Source: Octopus vulgaris (Eukaryota). Taken from it: a stretch of 64,000 nucleotides of DNA. The notes under the pieces were generated by a model that searched no databases, was not told the DNA's origin, and saw only the letters and a program-made list of their open reading frames with translations. Location: positions 159,464,001 through 159,528,000 of the forward strand of contig OX597814.1 of the NCBI GenBank assembly GCA_951406725.2. Reading direction: 5' to 3'. Below are positions 24,600-36,718 of the stretch, piece by piece; position 1 is the stretch's first letter; each line of letters begins with the position of its first letter. The translations under genes and the position numbers were made by a program.

Positions 24600-25200
24600 A
24601 TAATTTTTCATATTCTTTATAACCTGAAGTAGTTGATGTTCTTGAATAGCTGCAGGAAAAACTGGCAGATGGAAGTTCCTGAAGACTGATGCTCCGAGAA
24701 GGAAGGACTGGTGTGAAGAAGCTGTTGTGTAGTAGGTCAACCCTGATTGAGCAGGTACTTGGCTTGATAAGATGCAATCCCTTCATCCATCTTTTCAACG
24801 ATGCTGTCTCCACCCAGCTGAGGACCCCTACTGTATACACTGACATGGAATGATAGACTTCAGAAGTGCAAGGTTACAGTTTACAGTCTCTCCACTATTC
24901 AGGGGATTTCTGTACACTGGTAGATTCTAGTGGTATCACAATGTAGACAGGCAAAATGGATTTGGTCAGAGCATAACAATCACTGGGGGTGTACATCTTA
25001 GTATTGATTGGAGCCAGTAAGAATACTTCTGTGAGTATATGTACTTCCTTCTGCTTCTCTGGATTGAGAGAGAGAGAGTTTTTTTCAGGATATTGTAATA
25101 GTGTCCTGGAATGTTATGTTTGGACAGTTTTCCATGTAATTTAGGAGTTGAAGCATATTGCAGTAAAAACTGTTCCTGTCAACATTTAAGTGAGCTTTAA
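24600..25200 (-). pseudogene. Decayed LINE RT 3' fragment
   Basis: HNSFF... and RNFHLPVFPAAI resemble CR1/L2/Jockey RT C-termini; frameshifted. Confidence 0.4.
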
Positions 25201-26230
25201 TTTTATTTCATCGTTGTGTAGCTAGTCTGTGTACATGTTATGAGAGATAATTTATTGCTTTTGTGTTTATTGTAAAGAGATTGGAAACCCAGGCAGGACT
25301 GGTATAATCCATGACAGATCTAATATATTGTTTGTACACTTTTGTTGTTTCTGTTGACTAAATGTGGTGCCTGTGATTACTCTATAGTTGTGCATTGTTT
25401 TGATTTCTTTACTGTTTTCTGTGTGTTTAATAGTGAATGTTGTACATGAATTGTAATATTTTTGTCTTGTGCTTGTGGTACATTTATGTTACTGTGATTG
25501 TTGGTTGTATTTAACGTTCTCTGATTGATACTGATAAAGAAAATAGTGGGACTGGCAGCAAGCATTCTAGGTGATTTAAATGGTTAAATGTATAGGATAA
25601 ACACTATGTAATATTCCAGAAAAGATAGGATGGTCATGGCTCAAATGCTGGTCAAATGTAGGCAAGCAGACAATATGATTGACAAGTGGGGGCTGGATGC
25701 AAGTTACACATAACCAAGTGGCTCAGAGGAAGCAGAAACCATTGTAACAATGTTAGAAAAGGCAGAGTGAGGAGACCACAGGGAGTGGTATGTGGTCCAT
25801 AAGGTTCATATGTTGCAGGAGCACCATACAAGATAATACTCCAGTAATAACATCCATATTCATTTTCATTAAAAAAAAAAGTTCCATTTTAAGTACTCTC
25901 AGACTCTAATAAAAGTTTACGTTTTGTTATCTCTAAAGATGCAAGGACAGTGGTTTGACTGAAACCATCCTGTCAGTTTACAATCTTTTTTGGTTCTACT
26001 GATATTTCCACTTCATTGCAACAAGGAGGGGAAAATATTAACATCAATAATAGGTTTTCAAAAGTATATACAAAGATATACCTTAATTATTTGGAGCTAA
26101 TATTTTCAAATAGGAAAAGAAAAACCACAAATTCCTTTATGTTGGTGTGTGTATGTATACAAATACATACATAGATACATACACACACACATACACATAT
26201 ATATATATTCACATGGATAATAATTTTTTG

Positions 26231-26236
26231 TTTATT
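26231..26236 (-). terminator. Candidate polyadenylation signal of the Polycomb-like gene
   Basis: AATAAA on the - strand about 750 nt after the stop, followed by a TG/TA-rich downstream element. Confidence 0.5.
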
Positions 26237-26980
26237 TCTTGAAACATTATTAATAAAATATACTGAATTTGATGGTCAACCATTTTAAATGACAGTAGAA
26301 TTGTATATTTATATTTTTAAAACTCTGATTCATAAATGCATATAAAAAAATAAACCACCAGTCATTTAAAAAGAACAAGAATATTAAAAATAACAATTAG
26401 ATTTTAACATTAGATGTTGGAAAAAGAAAAACGTAGTCCCATGACATAATTAGCAGTGATGATAGCAAATAATCAGTTCAATATAAGAACATTTTTAAAC
26501 GTCAGTAAACATTTATATAGCTCCATTTTTTTCCACATGGATAGATGTTGTTGAGCCCCACATCAGCTTTCTTTAAGCAAACCTACAGTCAATGGCATTC
26601 CAACTGTGACCACCCATTTTGTTTTCTGGATATAGCAAAAATAAGACTATATTATCCAATGTGTCCTCATTTTTTTCTTTGCAAGATAGTAGGCTGTAAT
26701 TTAAGGGAGATTTGGCTATTTCTTACAGGTTGAGCGACCATATAGAGGCTTTCTTATTGTTGTAACTAAAACAGATTACTCTTTGGGAGAGTTCATATTG
26801 GCAATGTAAAAAAAAAAAAAACTAATTTTTATGAGTTGAGCAAATCAAACCATAAAGTGTCACAATGTTTACATGTTGGGTGATGAGTAAAATAGCATTA
26901 CATAACAAGAGCCAATATAGTTGAATTTTCCTTAAATGCATTTACAGAGTTCTCATAGACAAATTAGAAAAGCAAACTTT

Positions 26981-27508
26981 TCAGGAAAGCACACCATCCC
27001 ACTGAATTAGATACTGGACTTGGCCCTGCTGAATAAAACGGCGTGCCAACACATGAAATGTTTCTTTTTTGGCAAATTTATTCACTACACTGATATAATC
27101 ACTGACTGAAGAGGACATCTGCTTGAGGTTGTTCTTTGAAAGGCTATCATCGTTGGCTGTGTAGACTGAATTACCTCGGTTTCGTGAGGAGGCTGGTGGA
27201 GATGGTTTACATTTTAAGTTGTTCACTTTTCTTCTTCCTTTTTGTTTCAATGGTTGTTTCTGTTGACTAAACGCTTCTAGGTCTTTGGTTAATTCCTCAA
27301 TCTTTTCTTGGTCAAAATCACTTTGGTAAAAGTTCAAAATTTTTTCTTTCAATTTTAGTTTTTCTTTTTCCATCTTTTGCTCTAAATCAGTTCTAAAAGG
27401 GTGATTAATTCCTTCAAAATTGGAAAGCGGTGGTATAATAGTATCCAATGTACAACGTTTTATATTATTTCTTCTGCGATAGCTTTCTTTATTTCCATTC
27501 ACAACAGT
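26981..27508 (-). CDS. Pcl: Polycomb-like coding exon 15 (last; C-terminal reversed chromodomain FHVLARRFIQQGQVQYLIQWDG)
   Basis: ttcttcttcag| phase 0, TGA at 26983-26981; matches the MTF2/PHF19 YRVLARR..DGKVQYLVEW motif. Confidence 0.92.
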   Translation of the reverse strand, partial: TVVNGNKESYRRRNNIKRCTLDTIIPPLSNFEGINHPFRTDLEQKMEKEKLKLKEKILNFYQSDFDQEKIEELTKDLEAFSQQKQPLKQKGRRKVNNLKCKPSPPASSRNRGNSVYTANDDSLSKNNLKQMSSSVSDYISVVNKFAKKETFHVLARRFIQQGQVQYLIQWDGVLS

Positions 27509-28458
27509 CTGAAGAAGAAAATTAAACTATTAAATGTTATGAGCTGAACAACAGAATTTTAACATGGATTAAAATGAATCATTATGACAAATTCCAATTA
27601 ATGTCTGCAGTAGAAAGGGGGTAGTTATAAGTAATGAGAAACTAGTAAGCAAAAATTTGCTTAAAACAATTTCAGTCATAGATCTTGGTTATTTTCCTTC
27701 ACTATCTCCATCTTGGCTACTTATGTGCATTGCCTACATTAAACAACTGAGGAAGATACTTATGACTTCCTGAAATTGCTGGCCTTGTGCCAAAATTTGA
27801 AACCAATATAAAATAATGTTAATAACTGTTTTGAATCGTAAATGCTAGATTATATTTTGCATGTATTAAAATAATGAAAAATTAGTTTTATATATATATA
27901 TATATGTTTTTTTTGGGGGGTAACTCTCAATCCTGAACTCAAACTAGTGCATGTAATAGTTGCCAACTGCAAAGTGTGTATAGATAAGTGGCTAATATAC
28001 TAACTTATAATATTTGTTCTTTATGAATAGTATTATGCTCTTAAAGGCTAGAAAACATGACCAGTTAACTTAGTAGTTCTTCATAGCAATATTTATTTTT
28101 GACTGTATAGGTGCTCATTATCTTGTGAATAACGTTTTAAAAACAATTTCTTTAATGAGTAATAATCAGGTCATTAAAAATAGTCGATAATGCTGTTAAT
28201 GGTATACATTCAGCATTAAGAATACTTGTCTATCAATGAAGAGTTCATATATTGCACTATGAAAAAACAACATAAAAATTTGCCAATAAATTTCTGTTTT
28301 TAATAAAGCCCACCCACACAAGCATTATTAAAATACTCTAAAACTGAAGCTTTCAATAATTAGCAATAATTTGATTCAATGATTATAAGGACTGTGGGTA
28401 ACATTACTGACATCATAATATTGGGCCAGTCAGATGATTATATATATTTTGGTATTGA

Positions 28459-28735
28459 GGGCCCATGGTCTAATAGTTAGGGTGTTGCACACATGATCAT
28501 AGTTTCAATTCTTAGACTGGGTGGTGTGTTATGTTCTTGAGCAAAACACTTCATCTCATGTTGCTCTTCAATTGTTTCAACACCTAATGGTGTGGTACAC
28601 CATGCACCTGTTCAGGCAATGTTGATTTGATGGAGAGAGTGAGCTGTACAGCACATATATTTGATCACTATAGTAATTTACGCAGGTTGTTCAGCGAGAA
28701 ATTGCTGAACCATCTTTCTTGGACAAGAGACTATC
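28459..28735 (+). mobile_element. tRNA-derived SINE (family B-related)
   Basis: TGGTCTAATAGTTAGG head and GTTCTTGAGCAAAACACTTCAT core; reverse copy at about 61140-61370. Confidence 0.65.
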
Positions 28736-28867
28736 ATCATATATTTTAAAATACTGTCAAAGAACGGGATAGCCCTCATTTAAATTTTATATAAACCTTC
28801 AATTTTTAACTAAATAGCCTCCAACACTATATTCTAAATAATAAAAGAACTATTTCCTGGTACATAC

Positions 28868-28937
28868 CTTTTTTCTTTTGAGAAGTAACTCATCTAAGTC
28901 TGAACTAGTCTTTCTCTTTAACTGGAGAGGTGAGTGA
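28868..28937 (-). CDS. Pcl: Polycomb-like exon 14 (HSPLQLKRKTSSDLDELLLKRKK; NLS-like)
   Basis: tgtatag| ... AAG|gtatgt; 70 nt, phases 2-0. Confidence 0.8.
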
Positions 28938-30640
28938 CTATACACAAATAGAAAAAAGTTTTGAACATACAAAGTGAACATTTTGCTTAAAACAATATTA
29001 GAAAATAGTACAGATAAATGCAATTATGTATCAAAGAACCAGAAGCAGTCTCAGGTAGTTAAAACAAAGTTAATATATATAATATAAAAGAAAATAATGA
29101 ATAAAACAAAATATTGGCTGTTAGCATAATTTTATCTAGTTTATTTACTATTAGACATCGTTCTCTTTACTTTTCCCTTAACCCTTTTACTACCATATTT
29201 CTGTTGAAATAAGCAGCCTTTGCTTCAATTTTGAAAATAGTGAATTTAATAATATAATTTATTCATTATTAGGCTTATATTTGAGAACAAATTGTCATGC
29301 AATATTGATGAAAAGTTTTAATTTAGGTAATTTTAAAACAGGAAATTTCTGTTATAGAAATAAGAGCAGCATCAGATGTGTAGATATCAAAATGATTAAT
29401 AATGTTTCCTTCAGTAAATATTTCTATTTATATGATAAAAACAAAGATCAAATAGATTAAGTCAGTTTGTTTTTCAGTTCTATTAAACTGAATGCCTTCC
29501 CTGTTAATACAATATACAAATTGGAATCAGGGAATACTTTAGGACACTGTAGCAATATTAGAAATACTAAGTTACACAGCAAATGAAACTGAAGGTAAAA
29601 TATCAAGAAATTGGTGAGTAAATGTTTGAATAAATAAATAAAACAATTTCCATTAAAATTTCTTGAGTCAGACATTAACCACTTAAACCCTGAAACTTAA
29701 TACAATGTCATGTATTTCCAGTAGTAAGTATCAAATAAGTGTATGTGCAACTTGAACAGAATAAAGACCACAATGTATTTCTGTCCAATAAACCGGTACT
29801 GTCAATCTGCTTGATCTATTCTTCACGGACATACATGTATGATGAGCTTTTACACTGTTTCTGATTCACAAGCTATTGGTCAAGTTGATTCTAATGTGAC
29901 ACTTGCCTTATATGCCATGTAATAAAATCAAACTCAGAGCCAGGGAGGGGGCAAACTAAACCACACTGTCATGCTTACATTAACAAAAATTGCCCATTGC
30001 CTCTCAATAAGATAACATGTGCAAGAAAAATGCTTGCTGAATGCCATACCCTTTCCTTATAAAATATTTTATTATCTTTCCTTCTTAGGTAGACAGAAAC
30101 TGAAAAAAGACTCAGCATGGCTATAGTTCAATGGAAGATATGTGCTAGGTGTGTCTCCTTGATTTGACATAGTATAATAGTTGTCCATTCATTTCCAATA
30201 TTCTGCACAAACATGTCTGGCAAGAAGGCAATATTTCCTTGCTAGAGAACAGATGAGGGTTGATAATACGAAGGACATCTTGCCATAAAAAACCTGTCTC
30301 AATAAACTCCATCCAACCAAAGCATTGAGGTTTACATGCTCAGTTGCCTTGAAAACATCTACATTGACCAATAAAAGTACTTTTTGCAGTTATTAGTGAC
30401 TTTTGGTATGTTATATTAGTCATTAAACAAATTTGGATGGTCATATTTTTAAAAAGTGGCACACTATATAACTGACACCAATTAACTCCAAAGACAAGTA
30501 AGAAGGTACTCTGTACAAAGCAATTGAAAATACTGAAAGAAAATGTCAATGAATTTATACAACATAGAAATGAATATTTTAGATGTCAGTATTAGAAATT
30601 CAATAAAACATTAGCAAAGTTTATCAGTGAATGAATTTAC

Positions 30641-30805
30641 CAGATGTCAGCTGGAAGTTCACTACTCTTCATCACAGCCCTTGAAGCTCTCTCAAAATTG
30701 TTCAGGCCAGTGGACCTAAGAGAGCTGTTATAAACAGGTGATTTATCTATCCTTACAGAGTCTGTAGAAGAACTGACGATGGAATTTTGAGACTTGGATG
30801 CATTG
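30641..30805 (-). CDS. Pcl: Polycomb-like exon 13 (Ser-rich linker NASKSQ...ELPADI)
   Basis: atcttcag| ... TG|gtaaat; 165 nt, phases 2-2, open frame. Confidence 0.7.
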
Positions 30806-31345
30806 CTGAAGATAAATAAGAAGAAAAAAAAAAAATTCATGAGCTTTCTTAAGTCACATATAAAAAAGAGGCTGCCATTACATATTAATGAGGAAAACAG
30901 ATAAAATTTCAATAGTGCTTAGTCAATACAATTGGTGTTCTTAAAGATAGTGTTATTAACATCACCATCAATTTACATGTTTCCTGTACTAGCCTGAATG
31001 AAATGGGCTTCATAATACATTTTTTTAATGCACTGTTCTACAAAGAGAAACTACAATTCACACACATTCTATATAACATGTTTTCCTATATATAAATCAC
31101 ATAATGAGCACTGATTTATATGCATTTCAATGAATGTATTTACATATCTTGCTCTTTTGTTGGACCACATAAACAACTGTTTAGTATCACTATCTATAAT
31201 AATCATCCTACCACATGGATTGGGCAGGTATATTGGCAACACATGGAAAAAATGTAGAGATATAATTACAATGTATTTGTTGTCTTCTGTGTAAACACAT
31301 TTTATTTTGTATGAAATGATTGGAAGAAATCATTTTGTATGAAAT

Positions 31346-31490
31346 GATTGTACTACTATCACCATGGAAATCAAGATTTAACAGGAAATGGACTCATCCA
31401 GATAGTAGACTATCCTGTGTGCAGAATATAAAGGAAAGAGTCAAGTTGCTCTTTCATTTCTACATAGATTAATCCATTTTCTGCTACTTT
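31346..31490 (-). ncRNA. Candidate H/ACA-like RNA, copy 1
   Basis: Hairpin GCAGAA/TTCTGC, ACAGGA H box, hairpin CTACTATC/GATAGTAG, terminal ACA; sense to the host intron. Confidence 0.35.
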
Positions 31491-31905
31491 AAGTGACTTA
31501 TTTTAGAAGCAACAAAATTGCCTGCAAGCTAGTCTGGGAAGAAGCTAAGACTGTCAAAACAGGGTTAATTATAATGGGAGTTGGGAACCATTTGTAGCAA
31601 GCTTGGTGATCCTATAGATGCTAACATGAAAAGGTAAAGTGATATTTGTGATGTGTGAATGATAAGAACTCACACTCACATATTTGATTTTGCAGTTTAT
31701 TTAAATGATTATTGACATGATTATTCACTTGTTAACCAGAGAATCAGTAGTGTCAGCATTACTCCAGCTATTATGCTCATGTAGTGACAGGAAAAATCAC
31801 TACCTACGTTGTTATCAAAAACACAGGTATGTTGTCACAAAAACTGCTTTCTTTTCAATAAAAATTGTTTGGTGGTAGTGTTTTCTGGAACATGGATTTG
31901 AACAT

Positions 31906-32050
31906 TTCTGTACCACTATCACCATGGAAATCAAGATTTAAAGGAAATGGACTCATCCAGACATTAGACTATTCTATGTGCAGAATATAAAGGAAAGAGT
32001 CAAGTTGCTCTTTCATTTCTACATAGATTAATCCATTATCTGCTGCTTTT
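31906..32050 (-). ncRNA. Candidate H/ACA-like RNA, copy 2 (direct repeat of 31349-31490)
   Basis: Duplicate of about 140 nt; H box ATAGAA, ACA retained, stem kept by G-U pairs on the - strand. Confidence 0.35.
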
Positions 32051-32175
32051 ATGAGGTCACTACAACTATCAGAAATAGCAGCCAAAACAGCCTCATTTTT
32101 AACACTTTGTTATCTTAAAAATGAACAGATTTCTTGGAAAATGTAACCTGCTATATATATATACATATTTGTGAA

Positions 32176-32505
32176 GGCGCATGGCGCAGTGGTTAGAGTG
32201 TCAAGCTTACGATCGTGAGGTTGTGAGTTCGATTCCCGGACTGGCCTGTGTGTTGTGTTCTTGAGCAAGACACTTTATTTCACATTGCTCCAGTTAACTC
32301 AGCTGTTGTAATGAGTTGTGACGTCACTGGTGCCAAGCTGTATCGCCCTTTGCCTTTCCCTTGGATAAGATCAGTGGTGTGGAGAAGGGAGGCTGGTATG
32401 CATGGGTGACTGCTGACCTTCCATAAACAACCTAGCCCAGACCTGTGCCTCAGAGGGTAACTTTCTAGGTGCAATCCCATGGTCATTCATGACCAAAAGG
32501 GGTCT

Positions 32506-32508
<3 letters not shown>
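32176..32508 (+). mobile_element. tRNA-derived SINE (family B), young copy ending at (TA)n
   Basis: A box TGGCGCAGTGG, B box GTTCGATTCC. Confidence 0.9.
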
Positions 32509-32546
<38 letters not shown>

Positions 32547-32973
32547 CAGTATAATTACAACTAGAATGCCTTTGATCATACATTTGCTCAGTTAGGATTG
32601 ACTCGGAATAAAACTACTGTTTATATTCAAAGTTACTGTTCTCTCAAAGACAGTTGCCTTTGCTGCAGCCTGAGGAGCCTACATATCTCTCTATTTCTTC
32701 CTTTTTCTTATGACCTTGTTTTTGATGCCCCTACCTTCAGTAACCACAATATGTCGACTGGATACATTTTATTGCACCACCAGGATGAGAAGTAGATGCA
32801 GTGTAATTAAATAAACAGACCGAGAATGAAACATTTTATGAACTGCTACCAGTAAGCAGGAACAAAGAACCTTACTTAAAGAAAAAAGTTATTTTAATAT
32901 CAAATATAGAATGTGACTCAATTTAAACAAATAACATACATTAAATACGTGGAAAAATGTTTTAAAAACTCAC

Positions 32974-33129
32974 ATTTTTGTTTTTCGCCTTTTCATTTGT
33001 AGATTGTTCATCACATCATCAGTAATTTGGCCATTAATTGGAAAATCAATAGCTGGTGGAGTTGGAGGTAGACGTAGACGTAATGCCCACAAGCTTCGGC
33101 TTTTCTTTATTTCACGGCCACATTGAAAT
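32974..33129 (-). CDS. Pcl: Polycomb-like exon 12 (end of EH: FQCGREIKKSRSLWALRLRLPP)
   Basis: ataaag| ... AT|gtgagt; 156 nt; matches PHF1 GREIKKRK. Confidence 0.92.
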
Positions 33130-33782
33130 CTTTATAAAATAACCAAATTTTATGCATGAGGAAATGTCCTAATGTTAACCTATTTGCTGAGAACTATATA
33201 ACACATAATCCTCAGAAACTTCTTCTAAAATAATATTTAAAATATAAAAAATTTTCAGTAACTAAATTCATGTTTAAAAAGATATAAGTCAAACGCCTGT
33301 TTTGGTAAAAAATTCTTAAAAATTAATAAACAAAAAGGATTAACTTTTTATGATATAAAGAGTCATTAGAATGATTATTTTTCTCAGTTTTACACTAAAT
33401 TTTTCCTGTTTGCATGGGTGACAGTACTTTGTTGGAGTAAATGCTTTTAATACTGGATATCCTTTCAGCTACTAATCAATCAACAACCAAGTGCTTGCAG
33501 AGATATGTAACCTTGCCCAAAGCAATAACACAATGGCTGTCATATGTGGCCACTAGTCCAGAACAATAATCTTAATGATTGCAACTCATCAAATTAAATA
33601 CTTTATAAATTAAAAAAAAAAAGAACAGAAAAGAATGGGTAGAATGCAATGTTACAAAATTGATAATTTCTCAAATCAGTGACTGGCCAAAGTTAAGATT
33701 ATTGAAACTGGAAATTATGAAAAACTATTTAAAAAATTTCATACCATGTTTATCATAAAGATGAAACAAAAATTTGATTAAC

Positions 33783-33850
33783 CTTTTCTTATGACTCCTT
33801 AAAGTTTCCAGCATTTTTTCTTTCTCTGCACTTCGTAGATGTGTTCCCAG
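33783..33850 (-). CDS. Pcl: Polycomb-like exon 11 (LGTHLRSAEKEKMLETLRSHKK)
   Basis: tgtgttag| ... AG|gttaat; 68 nt, phases 0-2. Confidence 0.88.
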
Positions 33851-35933
33851 CTAACACAGAAAGAAAATATCTTTAGTTTACACATATAGAGAATAACACA
33901 TGTATATACATCATCATCATTTAGCGTCTGCTTTCCATAAGCTGGAGAGCTGTACCAGGTTGCAATCTGATTTGGCATGGTTTCTACAGCTGGATACTCT
34001 TCCTAGTGCCATTATAACAATTTCCTTTCAATTAAATGTTTCCCCAAATTTGCAATAAACATTTGATGTACTATAGGGTAGAAAAACTGATCAAGACATA
34101 TACAAACTGGGAACCAATTCTGAAGAATTAACTATATTTTCATCAGTAATGTTGTGACTCAGTTCAAAGCAAACAGTACAATAACACCAAATAAAAAAAA
34201 AAGAAGCCATCAACTTATTATCACTATCATCAGTATACATCTGATTTTCCATGTCAGTATGGTCTGAACACATTTTCTGACTAGATGTTTATCCTTATAG
34301 TCACCTCTATGACATGCAGGGACACTGTAGTCTTCTCTCAAGTACTGAAACATAAACCTGTGACTATTGTAATTGTGAAGTGTAGAGGAAAAGATTACAT
34401 ATTTGAGAAGTACAATTCCCAACAGCCTGAACACAGTGGTGGATTGCTTCATGCAACCAGCTGTGGTTGCTTTTGGAAAGCGCAATGATTGACTGTAGAA
34501 ACTGTGGCATAAAATTGTCAACAAAATGCAGCTCACTGATCAGTAGTACTATACTGTGTAGTATTCTACAGAGATCTACACACTGCATTGTCAGCATATA
34601 AAAAAGTTGATGAGCTGTCAGTTGCACAACTATTATCTATAATGAACATCTGTTGAGATCAAATCTCCAACCAGGAGATTTTGCAGTGAGAAAATATGCC
34701 TTGCATAGAGCCTATCCTGTTGGAATCGCAGTTGCACTTGGTGGGAAATATATATTTGTGAGGAGGACCCCAGGATTGTGCTCTGTTGAAAGTTGAAATG
34801 TAGAAGCCATTGGCAAAGACACTTGAAACGAAATTCTGTTATAAGATTCTCTGTCAAGTGACCTCTAAATGAAATGGGTTGCCTGATTGTAACTCCATGA
34901 GGGAAGATAGCAAATGACAGCAAACAATGGCTGAAGACAATAAAAGAGTAAATGTTAGTCACATTGGATGAAACAAAGCAAAGGGAGAAAAAGCTACAGC
35001 AAGATTCACACAACACCAGGCCTACCAACAGTACTTTCCAGTAATAGCTGCAGGTGGGGGTCGCGCAAGCACTTTTTGTCTACAATCCCATGAAAGAGTA
35101 AAGCATAGGTGAGAAAGTTTCTTCAAGTTTTGAGAGAGAGAAAAGTAAAACAGAAATTCCCTCCTGCTACCATGTCATACACATGAATGACAATCAAGAA
35201 CACACACACATGTACATACTGGCATGGCTATGTGACTCAGAAGTTCATTTTGCATCTATCTGTATGGTTTTTAATTTGATCCCACTGTGTGGTACTTTGG
35301 GCCGTCTTTTACTATAGTATTAGGCTGACTAATATTAATGAATGAAATTCAATAGATGGAAACTATACGAGTGCCTGTTGCATAGATATACATATATGCC
35401 TGTCTTGATGTGTCTATGTATCTTCACTTTGACATAGTTTTGGTAGTAGTGGTGTTTGCTTATATTTCACAGCGGAATTGTTCAACATACTAAAACTACT
35501 GGTACAATGTAAGATACCTGGAAACAAGGACTCTCACACACATGTGTAAACATGATAAAACCATAACTGTTTCCATGTTTATTAATGTTAGTGGAACCAT
35601 TCTAATTAAGAAGTGAAATTTATTTACAATCTCAATTTACAAAAAAAGTGACAAAACACGCATGCACAAGCCAAACTAGCCTTCCATAGTCACTCAAACT
35701 GCAAGAAATAGCAACCAAATATCCTTCAAATCACACTCTAATATCATAAAAAGAAAGGACACATTAGATAATGTAATTTTAGAATTACCATGTTTCACAT
35801 AAAAAAAAAAAATGAAAATGACTAGATGGCCACAGCTGGAACATTTTCCATAAGTCTGTTTAATAAGAGTTTACCATAGGATATCACTATCCACTATATA
35901 AAACTGAATAATTTAAGAAAAAGTCTTTCATAC

Positions 35934-36057
35934 CGAGTCCAGTTGCAGGTTCTGCCAATTCATATAGACCCAAGGCATTATTACTTTATCTAAATCATAG
36001 TATTTTTTCTGGTGAACGATATACAAATTGAACAAGGCCAATTGAGCAACATCAATC
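35934..36057 (-). CDS. Pcl: Polycomb-like exon 10 (EH: IDVAQLALFNLYIVHQKKYYDLD...NWQNLQLDS)
   Basis: attgtag| ... TCG|gtatga; 124 nt. Confidence 0.93.
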
Positions 36058-36232
36058 CTACAATTGAAAAGGACAAGAAATAATAGAAGAATTTGCACAA
36101 ACAAAATAATAACATATTGCTTAAAATTTCTACAAGTTCATCTTAAGATGTTTAAAAAAAAAATCGTATCCTTTCTAATCACTAATATCATCATTTAATG
36201 TCCATTTTCCATGCTGGTATGGGTTGGTCTTG

Positions 36233-36353
36233 GCTTACAGCACCTAGTTTTCTCAAGTGTTCACTCATCTAAATACTAACTAGACTTGACATTGCTCAAC
36301 TGCAGTGATCAGACAAGAGCCAGTGCTTTCAGTATGATATTGCGTGTTGTAAA
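36233..36353 (-). pseudogene. Degenerate 5S rRNA copy
   Basis: ...ATATCATACTGAAAGCACTGGCTCTTGTCTGATCACTGCAGTTGAGCAATGTC...GTTAGTATTTAGATGAGTGA...GGTGCTGTAAGC aligns along the full length of animal 5S rRNA, with mostly transition or CpG-decay changes. Confidence 0.85.
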
Positions 36354-36404
36354 AAAAGAGGGACATTAAAAATAAATGATTTAATGTACTTTCATTATTT
36401 GTTA

Positions 36405-36718
36405 TCACCATCGTTTAATGTCCGCTTTCCATGCTAGCATGGGTTGGACGATTTGACTGAGGACTGGCAAACTAGATGGCTGTACCAGGCTCCAATCTGA
36501 TCTGGCAGAGTTTCTACTGCTGGATGCCCTTCCTAATGCCAACCACTCCGAGAGTGTAGTGGGTGCTTTTACGTGCCACTGGCACGAGGGCCAGTCAGGC
36601 TGTACTGGCAACAGCCACGCTCAAATGGTGTTTTTTTATGTGCCACCTGTACAGGTGGCCAGTCCATCAGCACTGGCAACGATCATGCTCGAATGATGCT
36701 TTTTACGTGCTACCGGCA
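36405..36718 (-). mobile_element. RTE-tail repeat with internal tandem units
   Basis: Reverse complement of the family at 12341. Confidence 0.85.

Noticed and set aside
31808-31843. Possible micro-exon between the two H/ACA-like copies
   Set aside because: No polypyrimidine tract, and an in-frame TGA in the required phase
34280-35070. Less AT-rich block with several ORFs in Pcl intron 10
   Set aside because: Probably a decayed TE; only a weak GGPQDCAL similarity to RT GVPQG, too little for a call, and exons 10 and 11 join without it
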